Below are positions 39,716-50,091 of a stretch of DNA of 64,000 bases, in pieces. Below the pieces are notes generated by a model that was not told the origin of the DNA, made no database searches, and saw only the letters and a list, made by a program, of their open reading frames with translations. Position 1 is the first letter of the stretch; each line of letters begins with the position of its first letter. A program made the translations under genes and the position numbers. Source of the DNA: Planctomycetia bacterium (GTDB lineage Bacteria; Planctomycetota; Planctomycetia; Gemmatales; HRBIN36); NCBI GenBank assembly GCA_016795155.1, contig JAEUIE010000015.1, positions 163,178 to 227,177 on the forward strand. Reading direction: 5' to 3'.

Positions 39716-40507
39716 TTATGCAACTGGCTGATCCACACTACTCGCCCGTTCTGCAAGTTGACGCACCTGGCGACAAAGTGCATTGAGCACCACATTCACA
39801 GGGTCGGTTGTAGAATCCGAGGTATCCATGATGTCATTCAAATCCAGGCTGTACGCTGTCGTCTGCTGAACAGCTTCCACGGTTGTGAACTGTGGTTGAG
39901 ACTGGATCACTCCCAGCAAGCCGATGATTTCTCCCTCCCCCATGGTGCCGAGAATCTGCTTTAGCCCATCTACTTCCCTGCTGAGTTGCACTTTCCCCTT
40001 TTCAATTACCATGAACTTATTGACCGGCGAACCCTCTCGAAGGAGGATGGAACCAGTAGAATAACTGCGTCGCTGCTTCCGCAGTTTCGCCTGTCTGAGC
40101 TGACTGCCTACGACACGGATGGCCATGCGTAAGACCAGGCCGACGACTGCCCCTGTCACGATGCCAATGATATTTGCCATCATATCAGCAACATCAAACG
40201 TGCGGGCATTCAGTGGCTGCAGATACTCAATGCCGATACTCATCAGAGCAAGCACTACCAGCGCAGGCAGACAAAGTGCAGTTCGAACGCCAAGGACAAA
40301 GATGGCGGAAAGCACTGTATAGCCACCAAAATGCAGCAGCTTGTCCATCGATACGGTGTATTCGGTACGTCCTACCAGGCTGGCTACCACAACAATCACC
40401 AGCCCTGCCAGCCCAGCCAGCACAATCAAGGTTCGGGCCCACATGGGGATTTCGTAGACAGTGCTCGAGAGTACCGACGATAGTGACTTTGGTCGTGAAG
40501 AGCTCAT
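39716..40507 (-). CDS. VanZ-like membrane domain fused to a cyclic-nucleotide-binding-fold (CNB) domain
   Basis: The N-terminal half has 4 TM segments with DKLLHFGGYTVLS and EYLQPLNARTFDVADMMANIIG (VanZ pattern). The C-terminal half has LLREGSPVNKFMVIEKGKVQL...GEGEIIGLLGVI (CNB beta-roll). No HTH. Confidence 0.65.
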   Translation of the reverse strand: MSSSRPKSLSSVLSSTVYEIPMWARTLIVLAGLAGLVIVVVASLVGRTEYTVSMDKLLHFGGYTVLSAIFVLGVRTALCLPALVVLALMSIGIEYLQPLNARTFDVADMMANIIGIVTGAVVGLVLRMAIRVVGSQLRQAKLRKQRRSYSTGSILLREGSPVNKFMVIEKGKVQLSREVDGLKQILGTMGEGEIIGLLGVIQSQPQFTTVEAVQQTTAYSLDLNDIMDTSDSTTDPVNVVLNALCRQVRQLAERASSVDQPVA

Positions 40508-40519
40508 GGTATCTGTTGA

Positions 40520-41380
40520 TTAAAAATCAGCGGGAATGGATAACACCGGGCAGTGGGCGTTCTGCAGTACCTGTTCAGTCGTTGTGCCTCGCAGCATATC
40601 GAGAAATCCTTGCGAACCTTTGGTGACCATAATGATGAGATTGGCACCACCCTCTTCTGCAGCATTAAGAATTTCTGTAACTGGTCGCCCCTCTCTGCTG
40701 ATCTTAACCACCTTCCACGGACCTTCAGGTACAGTAACATGGGGATAGGATTGATCAGCCCCAACATGCAACAGAGTGAGCGTTGCATTATTTTTGCCAA
40801 AAGCCGTCAGCGCCCGCAGGGCGCGTTCAATAGCACCGCCTGCTGGAGGGGTATGATCAACAGGAATCAGAATATGATCCAATGTGACATGCCCGTCATC
40901 CGGAGAAACACAGCCGTGTACTCCTGAAGGCACAAAGAGCGTTGGCAACGCCATCTTGCGAGACACCTGTTCAGCAGTGGAAGGCTTGAGCCAATTGGCT
41001 AATCCCGTGCGCTGCCGGGTTGCAAGGACCAGCATATCTACCGATCCCTTGTCCAGATAGCTGGAAATGCCGCCAACAATATTGCTGGTGTCATACACAT
41101 TGATTTTCTCGATCTCAATTCCCAGTTTGGATACATCAGCTCGCCGGGCACCCGGCTCCAGCATCCCCCACCGCTGGAGCGTCTCGCGCACGGAAGGAAA
41201 ACTGTCCCAATCCGCATGCTTGTCCCTGCTCACATGCATGATGGTCAATCGGGCATGATTGTTGACTGCCAGCCGCAATGCATGAGCAAAGGCGAATTCT
41301 GAATCTTCTGAGAAATCCGTTGCATGCAGAATATACTTGGCAACTTCACTGAAACGATTGGGAACAGTTTCGCTGGACAT
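40520..41380 (-). CDS. Universal stress protein, tandem UspA domains
   Basis: ILHATDFSEDSEFAFAHALRLA...LTIMHV, then a second unit ILIPVDHTP...LTLLHV...GTTTEQVLQNAHCPVLSIP. Confidence 0.8.
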   Translation of the reverse strand: MSSETVPNRFSEVAKYILHATDFSEDSEFAFAHALRLAVNNHARLTIMHVSRDKHADWDSFPSVRETLQRWGMLEPGARRADVSKLGIEIEKINVYDTSNIVGGISSYLDKGSVDMLVLATRQRTGLANWLKPSTAEQVSRKMALPTLFVPSGVHGCVSPDDGHVTLDHILIPVDHTPPAGGAIERALRALTAFGKNNATLTLLHVGADQSYPHVTVPEGPWKVVKISREGRPVTEILNAAEEGGANLIIMVTKGSQGFLDMLRGTTTEQVLQNAHCPVLSIPADF

Positions 41381-41615
41381 GGTTAAACTCCGTTGATCAA
41401 AGCCGATTCCGTACCGACCATCAAGTTGGAATTATGTTAAGTGTTCAACGCCTGTGCACAAAGTTGTTTGTGACAAAATGCTTGGAATTTATTACTCTGC
41501 TGATGCAATTGTTGCAATTTAGTTCTAAGCGAAACACAGCTTGACCTAATATCGTTTTTGGTTATCTAACATACCCGGTGCACGTTGCTCATTTGACCAA
41601 AGGTCGAAATAATCC

Positions 41616-42980
41616 ATGAACTGGCGTTTGCACTGGATTTTGTTCATCGCATTATTTCATACATCAGATGTCTGCTCGCAGGATTTTGCAACTCGTACAA
41701 CATCAACCTCTTTTGCGACTGCTTCCGAAAATAATACACTTCCAAATGCTGCATTTCCCAATGTGCCAAGGCTGAATTTTCTGTCTTCCGACAGCCGACC
41801 TGATTCAGTGGAAGACTGGTTGACACAATCCATCAAAGTACGTGGTCGAATCGAGACTGACGCGATCCTGGCCGTGCAATCTAGCGAAAGCAAGGAAATC
41901 ATCGGTGATTTGCGGAATGGCTACGGCTTCCGGCGAATGAGACTGGGGGCCCAGGGAACCATTGGCGATGTCGCCCGGTGGGTTTCTGAAGTCGAGTTGG
42001 CTGGAGGTACTCCGAGACTACGTGATGTGTTCATTGGCTATCAGATGTTTCCCTGGGTGCGTGAATTACGTGTCGGCTACTTTCGTGAGCCGTTCAGTCT
42101 GGAAGGAAATACCAGTACGAATTTCATGACTTTCATGGAACGTTCTCCACTGAATGAACTGGATCCTACACGGAATTGGGGGGTATGCGGGTACTGGTGG
42201 CCTGATGATGAGCGCATGACAGCTGCACTGGGTGTATTTCGTGATGGCACCAATAATGGCGGACAAAGTCAAGGCGATGATGATGCCTGGGCACTTACAG
42301 GACGAATTACCAGTTTGCCAGTTTATGTGCCTGATGATGATAATTTCCAGTTGCTGCATCTGGGTTCCGCCATCTCCCTACGTTCTCCGAAAGATGGACT
42401 GGTAATCTTTGATCCCGGTGTGGCGTCAAACCTGTTGACGGTTTCCGATGATCCTGCATCTCCATTTCTGCCTGCCGTAATTTTTAATGCCAACAGCCAG
42501 CAGATTTATAATCTCCAAGCGGCCTGGGTAAACGGCTCTGCGTCCTGGCAGGCAGAATGGTTTGCTACTTCCATTCAGCAAACAAATGCGGGAACCGTCT
42601 TCCTGCATGGTTTCTACATCGATTACACCTATTTCCTGACTGGTGAACACCGGGGATATGATCGTACTCGCGGTGCGTTTGATCAGGTGAAAGTACTACG
42701 CCCTGCACTTCGTACTAGGGACGATCCTCGTGGAGGGATGGGCGCCGTCGAGTTACTGGCGCGATTCTCCTATGCTGATTTCAATTCGCCCAACATGCCG
42801 CCTGCCATCTCCGGTGAACCTGCAGGCGCATATCTGTATCAACTCACACTGGGCGTCAATTGGTATCTCAATAACTACATGCGCATGATGTTTAACTACA
42901 CTGCTGCCATGCCGGATGACATCAATCAAGATCCCACCATGGCACACTTATTCAGTTTTCGCTTTGCACTTTTCTGGTAA
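41616..42980 (+). CDS. Outer-membrane porin, phosphate-selective porin O/P-like
   Basis: Signal MNWRLHWILFIALFHTSDVCSQ, beta-strand periodicity, and a C-terminal ...FSFRFALFW ending in aromatics. The overall pattern resembles OprO/OprP-family porins, from memory only. Confidence 0.55.
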   Translation: MNWRLHWILFIALFHTSDVCSQDFATRTTSTSFATASENNTLPNAAFPNVPRLNFLSSDSRPDSVEDWLTQSIKVRGRIETDAILAVQSSESKEIIGDLRNGYGFRRMRLGAQGTIGDVARWVSEVELAGGTPRLRDVFIGYQMFPWVRELRVGYFREPFSLEGNTSTNFMTFMERSPLNELDPTRNWGVCGYWWPDDERMTAALGVFRDGTNNGGQSQGDDDAWALTGRITSLPVYVPDDDNFQLLHLGSAISLRSPKDGLVIFDPGVASNLLTVSDDPASPFLPAVIFNANSQQIYNLQAAWVNGSASWQAEWFATSIQQTNAGTVFLHGFYIDYTYFLTGEHRGYDRTRGAFDQVKVLRPALRTRDDPRGGMGAVELLARFSYADFNSPNMPPAISGEPAGAYLYQLTLGVNWYLNNYMRMMFNYTAAMPDDINQDPTMAHLFSFRFALFW

Positions 42981-45381
42981 CCGAGGTTTGCTGCTTTTCC
43001 ATTTCCAGAATCGCCTGAGTCGTTTTCAGTATCGTATCGGGTGACAGCGAAATGGAATCAATGCCACAACGAACCAGGAACTGAGCGAATTCCGGATAAT
43101 CACTGGGAGCCTGGCCGCAGATTCCAATCTTCTTCCCGAGTGCCTTCACTCGCTTGATGACATCTTCAATGAACCGCATGACAGCAGGGTTGCGCTCATC
43201 GAAGAGATGTGCCACAATGCTGGAATCACGATCCAGCCCAAGGATCAGTTGCGTAAGATCATTGGAGCCAATCGAGAAACCATCAAAGATCCGGGCGAAA
43301 TCTTCCGCAAGCACCACATTGCTGGGAATCTCGCACATGACATAAACTTCCAGGCCATGCTGTCCACGTTTAAGTCCAGCCTTCTCCATTACGGCAAGAA
43401 CCTTTTCTCCTTCTTCGACCGTTCTACAGAAGGGAATCATCAGTTTGATGTTGGTCAGTCCCATTACTTCACGGGCTTGCCGCATCGCTTGACATTCAAG
43501 CAGGAAGCCCTCCTGGTAGCGGGGATCGTAATACCGGCTGGCGCCACGGAAACCTATCATCGGGTTTTCTTCATCAGGCTCAAACGGCTTACCTCCAAGC
43601 AGGCCTGCATATTCGTTCGACTTGAAATCGGAAAGCCGGACGATGACATCCCTGGGATAGAATGCTGCTGCCAGTTGCCCGACACCTTCCGCAAGTTTTT
43701 CCACAAAGTAGTCTGCCTTGTTGGGATGATTTCTGGTCAGGCGGGCAATCTCTTCCTTGTCCTGGCCGGCTGGCAGTTCATCGAATCGCAGCAGCGCCAG
43801 CGGGTGCACTCGAATAAAGGATGAGATGATAAATTCTTCTCTTGCCAGGCCAACACCATCATTGGGAAGGCTGCAAAGAGCAAAGGCCTTATCCGGATCG
43901 CCCAGGTTCATCATCACTTTGGTTCGTGGGCGAGGCATTTTGCTGACATCAATCGTGGTACGCTCAAAGGGCAACTTGCCATCGTACACCTTGCCTACAT
44001 CCCCATCCGCACAGGAAACGGTGATAGGCTGGCCTGGCTTTAGTAACGCGGTTGCCTGTTCCGTCCCGACCACACAGGGCACACCGAGTTCGCGGCTGAC
44101 GATGGCAGCATGGCAGGTGCGACCACCCCGGTTGGTTACCACCGCTGCAGCCATCTTCATCGTCGGTTCCCAATCGGGATCAGTCATGTCAGCAACCAGT
44201 ACTTCTCCCTGACGAAATGAACTCAGTTCCTCCGTACTACGGATAACGCGTACCGCACCAGCCCCGATTCGCGCTCCGACACTTTTGCCTTGAAGAATGA
44301 CCTTTGCCTTCTGTTGCAGTTCGAAGATTTCAATTTCTGCCTTTTTCTTCATCGCATGAACTGTTTCAGGTCGGGCTTGCAGGATAAAGAGCCTGCCACT
44401 TTGCCCGTCTTTTGCCCATTCGATATCCATGGGAACGGCTTGTCCCGACTTATTCGAATAATGCTTCTCGATGAGACATCCCCAGCGCGCCAGCGTCAGC
44501 ACTTCATCATCAGTCAGACTCAAGCTCTGCTGTTGTTCCTGTGGCACAGCCACGATGCGTGTACTTTTACCGCCGCGGCTGGCGTAGATCATTTTTTCAT
44601 GCTTTGAACCGATCCGCCTTTTAATAATCGGGATAAGGTCAGTATTTTCGAGCATGGGCTTGAAGACGAGAAACTCATCAGGGGCAACACGGCCTTTGAC
44701 AATAGTTTCACCTAGTCCAAAGGCACTGTTGATCAAGACGACATCGGGAAAACCGCTTTCGGTATCGAGTGTAAAAAGCACACCGGAGCAGGCCAAATCT
44801 GAACGAATCATCTTCTGCACGCCTATTGAAAGCGCGACTGCAAAGTGATCAAATCCCTTATCCACTCGGTACGAAATCGCGCGATCGGTAAAGAGCGAAG
44901 CCAGGCACTGTCTGCACGTATCGAGCAATGCCCGCTCGCCGCGAATGTTCAGGAACGATTCTTGCTGACCGGCGAAACTCGCGCCGGGTAAATCCTCGGC
45001 CGTAGCGCTGGAACGTACTGCAACATCGGGGTCCTGTCCAAATTCCTTGCCCAATTTCCGATAGGATTCAACGATGGAAGTTTGCAGATCTTCAGGTAAT
45101 GGGGTATTCAGAATGGCATCGCGAATGGCTCGGCCACGTTCTGCCAGGTCAGCCAGATTACCGGTATCAAGCCCTTTAAGGTATCGCTTTAGAACTTCGG
45201 CCAGTCTGCCTTCTTTTATCACTGCACGGTAACCATCCGCGGTGACTGCAAACCCATTCGGAATAGCAATCCCTTGAGGCGTCAGTTCCCGGTACATCTC
45301 TCCCAATGAAGCATTCTTGCCTCCGACCAGTGGTACATCTGCGATGGAGAGTTCGGAAAACCAGCTAATATATCGGGACAT
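42952..45381 (-). CDS. ppsA: Phosphoenolpyruvate synthase (pyruvate, water dikinase)
   Basis: YISWFSELSIADVPLVGGKNASLGEMY and the catalytic His region GGRTCHAAIVSRELGVPCVVG. The ATG at 45381 has AAGGAG 5-6 nt upstream and lies 13 nt after the hypE stop. The track's longer N-terminus is unlikely. Confidence 0.92.
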   Translation of the reverse strand: MSRYISWFSELSIADVPLVGGKNASLGEMYRELTPQGIAIPNGFAVTADGYRAVIKEGRLAEVLKRYLKGLDTGNLADLAERGRAIRDAILNTPLPEDLQTSIVESYRKLGKEFGQDPDVAVRSSATAEDLPGASFAGQQESFLNIRGERALLDTCRQCLASLFTDRAISYRVDKGFDHFAVALSIGVQKMIRSDLACSGVLFTLDTESGFPDVVLINSAFGLGETIVKGRVAPDEFLVFKPMLENTDLIPIIKRRIGSKHEKMIYASRGGKSTRIVAVPQEQQQSLSLTDDEVLTLARWGCLIEKHYSNKSGQAVPMDIEWAKDGQSGRLFILQARPETVHAMKKKAEIEIFELQQKAKVILQGKSVGARIGAGAVRVIRSTEELSSFRQGEVLVADMTDPDWEPTMKMAAAVVTNRGGRTCHAAIVSRELGVPCVVGTEQATALLKPGQPITVSCADGDVGKVYDGKLPFERTTIDVSKMPRPRTKVMMNLGDPDKAFALCSLPNDGVGLAREEFIISSFIRVHPLALLRFDELPAGQDKEEIARLTRNHPNKADYFVEKLAEGVGQLAAAFYPRDVIVRLSDFKSNEYAGLLGGKPFEPDEENPMIGFRGASRYYDPRYQEGFLLECQAMRQAREVMGLTNIKLMIPFCRTVEEGEKVLAVMEKAGLKRGQHGLEVYVMCEIPSNVVLAEDFARIFDGFSIGSNDLTQLILGLDRDSSIVAHLFDERNPAVMRFIEDVIKRVKALGKKIGICGQAPSDYPEFAQFLVRCGIDSISLSPDTILKTTQAILEMEKQQTSVTRKVQSEN

Positions 45382-45394
45382 ATTGGCTCCTTTT

Positions 45395-46447
45395 TCAGCA
45401 GATGCGGGGTAGCGGCGAACCACTGGGTTCATCCAGTGATTGTTCCCGCCCCAAGGTTCGGCGAATAATCACGGGAGTTACAGCACGAGACTCAACTCTG
45501 CCAATGATCGCAGCGTGACGTGAGATTTCAACCTTGCGAAGTATCGAAACTGCCTCTTCGGCATGTTGTGCTGAAACTGCCATCAGCATTGTTCCTTCGC
45601 ATGCCAGATGCAGAGGCTCTAATCCCAGCAGTTCACAGGCGCTGCGGGTAACTGCATCAATCGGGATGCAACTTTCATCAACGAATAGCGTCTTCTGGCT
45701 GGCTATTGCCCATTCATGCAGTACAGCAGTGATTCCGCCACGGGTGGCATCACGCATGGCACGCACTTCGCTGCCAATTCCAGTTCGCAATGCACTGATG
45801 GCAGGGAGCAACAATGCTCCATCACTGCTGGGTGCAGGGTGGAAATCAAGTTGCTCACGTGCAGCAAGAATGGCAATGCCATGCCGGCCAATGTGGCCGG
45901 ACGTTATCAAGACATCTCCTTCCTGTAGCGACTCTGCTCCAGGTGGAACAGGTTCCATCAACTCCCCAATGCCTGTAGTATTTAGGAAAATTCCATCCGC
46001 TTCACCATGCGGTACCACCTTGGTATCTCCGGTGATAATCTGCACCTGGCACTCGGCTGTGGTTTGGGCGATGCTATGGAGAACTTTCTCCAGCACAGCT
46101 ATTGGCAAGCCTTCCTCCAGAATCAGGGAAAGGCTCAGCCAACGTGGAATGGCGCCACTCACTGCGAGATCATTACAGGTGCCATACACTGCAAGTGAAC
46201 CAATATCGCCACCAGGGAAAAAGATGGGGGAAACCACATAGCTATCAGTGCTGAACGCAAGCCTGTTGCCTGCTGGCTGCAGAATAGCAGCATCGGCAAA
46301 GGGCAAAGTACATCCCAGGCTGGGATGTACTATTTGATCCAGTAAACGCCGCATGAGCCTGCCACCCTCGCCATGAGCGAGTGTGACACAGTCGGACTGT
46401 GCGGATACGCTCACCGGACAATTAAGTAACCAGGCAGGGTGGGCCAT
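45395..46447 (-). CDS. hypE: Hydrogenase maturation protein HypE
   Basis: LAHGEGGRLMRRLL near the N-terminus, an AIR-synthase-like fold, and the canonical C-terminal PRIC. I prefer the start at MAHPAW (46447). The track's 62-aa extension overlaps hypD. Confidence 0.9.
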   Translation of the reverse strand: MAHPAWLLNCPVSVSAQSDCVTLAHGEGGRLMRRLLDQIVHPSLGCTLPFADAAILQPAGNRLAFSTDSYVVSPIFFPGGDIGSLAVYGTCNDLAVSGAIPRWLSLSLILEEGLPIAVLEKVLHSIAQTTAECQVQIITGDTKVVPHGEADGIFLNTTGIGELMEPVPPGAESLQEGDVLITSGHIGRHGIAILAAREQLDFHPAPSSDGALLLPAISALRTGIGSEVRAMRDATRGGITAVLHEWAIASQKTLFVDESCIPIDAVTRSACELLGLEPLHLACEGTMLMAVSAQHAEEAVSILRKVEISRHAAIIGRVESRAVTPVIIRRTLGREQSLDEPSGSPLPRIC

Positions 46448-46460
46448 CGAGTCATTCCTG

Positions 46461-47558
46461 TCAGGTGATGATCGGCAAACGATAACGATAGTAGGCAGCA
46501 CACGCCCCTTCTGAGGAAACCATTGGAGCGCCCATTGGAGTTTCGGGCGTACATGCCTTGCCAAAACTGGGGCATTCCGTTGGCCGCATCTGTCCGGAAA
46601 GAACTTCTCCCGCTTGACACAAACTTGCATCATTCTGCACTTTGGCCGGCATCATGCCAAACCGTTTGCCTGCATTGAACTGCTCCCATTTAGCCCGTAA
46701 TCTATAGCCACTTTCCGGTATTTCTCCCAACCCACGCCATTCCTGATCATTCACTTCATAAACCTGATCAATCAATTGCCGGGCTGACAGATTTCCTTCA
46801 AGACGAACACTGCGAGGGTATTGGTTAGATGTCTGGGCATTACCCGATTCCAATTGCCTGATACATTCGTGAATACCAGCCAGCAGATCGAGTGGCTCAA
46901 ATCCGGTGACAACCACTGGTACCTGGTATTTCTCCACAAAGGACGCATAGGTGTCGTAACCCATGACGGTACAGACATGGCCTGCAGCCAGGAATGCCTG
47001 CACGCGCACCTCAGGCAATTGCATGATCGCCTCCATGGCTGGCTGAACACGCACATGATGTACCAACAGGGAAAAATTCTTAAGACAGAGTTGATGTGCC
47101 TGAAGCACTGCCAGTGCAGTAGCAGGAGTTGTAGTCTCAAACCCCACAGCAAAAAAGACCACTTGTCTTTCAGGGTGCTGCTCAGCGAAACTCACTGCCT
47201 CCAGCGGCGAGTAGACCATTTTGACAGTTCCACCCTGAGCACGTGTTTGAAGCAAAGAGGAGGTAGAACCTGGCACACGCAACATGTCGCCAAAGCTGCA
47301 CAGCGTGATGTCAGGCTGCCTGGCTAACTCCTGCGCCTGATCCAGCACCCCAATGGGAGTAACGCAGACTGGGCAGCCGGGGCCATGTACCAGTTCGATG
47401 TCATCCTTTAGTGCCGATTCAATTCCATATTTAAGCAGGCTATGCGTCTGACCGCCACAGACTTCCATCAGCACCCAGCGGCGACTGGCTAAACGCTGGA
47501 TGCGTGTTATCCATTGATGAGCCTGATCCCGGTCACGATATTCATCAAGGTATTTCAT
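46461..47558 (-). CDS. hypD: Hydrogenase maturation protein HypD
   Basis: MKYLDEYRD, MEVCGGQTH, GPGCPVCVTP and GFETT. Confidence 0.9.
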   Translation of the reverse strand: MKYLDEYRDRDQAHQWITRIQRLASRRWVLMEVCGGQTHSLLKYGIESALKDDIELVHGPGCPVCVTPIGVLDQAQELARQPDITLCSFGDMLRVPGSTSSLLQTRAQGGTVKMVYSPLEAVSFAEQHPERQVVFFAVGFETTTPATALAVLQAHQLCLKNFSLLVHHVRVQPAMEAIMQLPEVRVQAFLAAGHVCTVMGYDTYASFVEKYQVPVVVTGFEPLDLLAGIHECIRQLESGNAQTSNQYPRSVRLEGNLSARQLIDQVYEVNDQEWRGLGEIPESGYRLRAKWEQFNAGKRFGMMPAKVQNDASLCQAGEVLSGQMRPTECPSFGKACTPETPMGAPMVSSEGACAAYYRYRLPIIT

Positions 47559-47826
47559 GAATGTCGCCCGCTGGTGGTATCTCGGTTGCCAACTCTTCGC
47601 GTAATGCAAACTGGTCAAGTTCATCAAACAGGCGGCGTGCCTCATCTGGGTTGACCTTGCTGATGGCTATGCCAGCATGGACGATGACGTAATCTCCTAT
47701 CTCCGCTTCGGGCACGCACGCCAAGTGACAGACACGGGACAATTCACCAAACCGCACTTCTGCCCTGGCCAGTAGCGGATCGCGGTCGATCCATCGCGTT
47801 ACTTCGCCGGGAATTCCCAGGCACAT
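47545..47826 (-). CDS. hypC: Hydrogenase maturation chaperone HypC
   Basis: N-terminal MCLGIPGEV. 93 aa. 14-nt overlap with hypD. Confidence 0.9.
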   Translation of the reverse strand: MCLGIPGEVTRWIDRDPLLARAEVRFGELSRVCHLACVPEAEIGDYVIVHAGIAISKVNPDEARRLFDELDQFALREELATEIPPAGDIHEIP

Positions 47827-47835
47827 AACAACTCC

Positions 47836-50091
47836 TCAAAGTGAAAGACAGTTCAGCCGTGCAGCAGCCACCACGAGTTGCCCTGCAGCCAGACCACCAT
47901 CATTGCAGGGAATCATCCCTGGTAAACCTATCCGGCTATTATCATCAAGCAGTTCATTGACCAGTTCAACCAGAATCTTGTTCTGAAAACAGCCGCCAGC
48001 AAGCACTACCGGATATGATGGATAGCTTCGAATGATCGCAACAATCGTCTCTGCAACGCTCCGGTGAAAGCGCATCGCAATCGTGCCTGGTTGCTGACCT
48101 TGCTGCATATCATGGAGAATTTCGTGCAGCATGGGGCGCCAGTCGAGTTCATGGCTGTTAATTGGAAAGCAATAGCTGCCCGTAGCAGAGCGATCGCAAC
48201 AGGCTTCCAGCAGCATGGCTGGTTCGCCTTCATAATGTGCTTCAAACCGTGAAAGCAGCAGACAGGCAATGCCATCAAAAAGCCTGCCAACACTGGTTGT
48301 CTGCACATGCAACTGAGGCACATCGAGCAAAGGCAACCATGGCTGATAAGGCTCTTCTACCTGGCGCTGCTGTAGCACATTGATCAGTTCATGATGATCG
48401 TACAGTTGGCTAAGTAAGGAAAGTGTCACACGGCCTGGCTGCTTGACCGCCATCTCACCGCCGGGCAGTGTAAATGGTCGTAGGTGAGCCAGTCGTCTGG
48501 CTTCAGTGACATTTGCCATCAAGACCTCTCCGCCCCAAATACTGCCATCCCCCCCATAGCCAGTGCCATCGAATGCAATACCCAGCACGGTCTTGCCTAG
48601 CCAGCCATGTTCCAGCATGGCAGCAACCATATGAGCGTGGTGATGCTGTACTGCAAGCCTCGGCGTTGCCTGTTGTTCTGCCCAGCGGGTGGTAAAGTAG
48701 TCGGGATGCAGATCATGCACCAGATGGCCTGGCTCACAATGATATAGCTGGCACAACTGCCGATACTGTTCCACGAATCGTGATTGACCGGCAACGGTAT
48801 CCATATCCCCGATATGCGGGCCGAGTATCGATTGCTCTCGATTACATAACGCCATCGCCACTTTCTGATGCCCCCCCAGGGCAACCAGTGGCAGTGTGAT
48901 GTTGACAGGCAAAGTATGAGGAGCCAACCCCCGACCCAGGCGGATCACACTCATCCGATTAGCCATGCAGCGTACGACACTGTCATCGATGGGACGGACA
49001 ATATCACGATCATGATTCAGCATCTGATCACTGATGTTGCCAAGCTGTTCAGCCGCCGCAGAGGGAGTATAAGCCAGCGGTTCCCCTTCGCGGTTGCCAC
49101 TGGTAATAACGAGAGGATGATCTACCGCTGAACAGAGCAGATAATGGCAGGCGGTGGTCGGCAGCATGATGCCCACTTCATTCAAACCGGGATGGACATG
49201 ATTTGATAATCCATTGACAGTATGAGCCCGGCAGAGAACAAGAGGGCCAGCACGACTGGTGAGTGCCTTTTCATTTCCTGTCATGTCTGCCAGAGTTGAT
49301 GCTGCTTTCAGATCTCTGACCATGACCGCGAGTGGTTTGCTGACTCTGCCTTTACGCTGGCGAAGCGTTAATACGGCAAGATCGCTGGTGGCATCACAAA
49401 TCAACTGGTAGCCGCCGATTCCTTTGAGTGCAAGAATTCCGCCATTTCTGATGAGTGTTGCACCAGCATCGACGGCCGTTCGAGAATCGTGTAACTCTGC
49501 TCCAGACAAAGTCGGACCACAATGCACGCACGACATGGTTTGGGCATGGAATCGACGATCAGATGAAGCAGTAAACTCGTTCCTGCACTCCAGGCACAAC
49601 GGAAACCGCTTCATGCTCGTATGCTCTCGCTCGAAAGGCATCGAATGCAGAATCGAAAAACGTGGACCACACTGGGCACAATTATTGAACAGATAGTTTT
49701 GTCGTCGGGAATCGTTCCCGCACAGAACTTCTTGCAGGCATTGCCCGCATATGACAGTATCGTGAGGTACGCGTGCCCGGAGGGTAGATACGATCGAACC
49801 TGCATGAACATCGAAGCGACGATGCCCTTCTGGATACACTTCTTTCGTAATCTGATCTGAAATTACTGCTTCATCTGGCAACTGGCTGGCTAGCCCCATC
49901 AGAAAGCGATGCATGTTGACCCCATTGCCCTCCGCATGCATCACTACGCCGGAAGGTTCGTTGGCTACCCAGCCGAAGATATTGCAGGCTGATGCCCAGC
50001 GCAATACCGCAGGTCGCAGGCCAATTCCCTGCACTTGTCCCTGCAGTAACACTCGCCTGGCCATGCGGTCAGGAAATGCGGCATGTGGCAT
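47836..50091 (-). CDS. hypF: Carbamoyltransferase HypF
   Basis: Acylphosphatase-like LLQGQVQGIGLRPAV, two CxxC...CxxC zinc fingers (CGQCLQEV...CAQCGPRF; CLECRNEF...CVHCGP), and YrdC and Kae1-like domains. The start is ambiguous (ATG 50142, 50091 or 50064). Confidence 0.9.
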   Translation of the reverse strand: MPHAAFPDRMARRVLLQGQVQGIGLRPAVLRWASACNIFGWVANEPSGVVMHAEGNGVNMHRFLMGLASQLPDEAVISDQITKEVYPEGHRRFDVHAGSIVSTLRARVPHDTVICGQCLQEVLCGNDSRRQNYLFNNCAQCGPRFSILHSMPFEREHTSMKRFPLCLECRNEFTASSDRRFHAQTMSCVHCGPTLSGAELHDSRTAVDAGATLIRNGGILALKGIGGYQLICDATSDLAVLTLRQRKGRVSKPLAVMVRDLKAASTLADMTGNEKALTSRAGPLVLCRAHTVNGLSNHVHPGLNEVGIMLPTTACHYLLCSAVDHPLVITSGNREGEPLAYTPSAAAEQLGNISDQMLNHDRDIVRPIDDSVVRCMANRMSVIRLGRGLAPHTLPVNITLPLVALGGHQKVAMALCNREQSILGPHIGDMDTVAGQSRFVEQYRQLCQLYHCEPGHLVHDLHPDYFTTRWAEQQATPRLAVQHHHAHMVAAMLEHGWLGKTVLGIAFDGTGYGGDGSIWGGEVLMANVTEARRLAHLRPFTLPGGEMAVKQPGRVTLSLLSQLYDHHELINVLQQRQVEEPYQPWLPLLDVPQLHVQTTSVGRLFDGIACLLLSRFEAHYEGEPAMLLEACCDRSATGSYCFPINSHELDWRPMLHEILHDMQQGQQPGTIAMRFHRSVAETIVAIIRSYPSYPVVLAGGCFQNKILVELVNELLDDNSRIGLPGMIPCNDGGLAAGQLVVAAARLNCLSL

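Noticed and set aside
41504-41568. TGCAATT-GT-TGCAATT direct repeat and a TTGACC-N16-TATCTA promoter-like element upstream of the porin gene
   Set aside because: It is plausible, but such short AT-rich matches are expected by chance in a 235-bp intergenic region. Planctomycete promoter consensus is poorly defined, so I did not report it as a feature.
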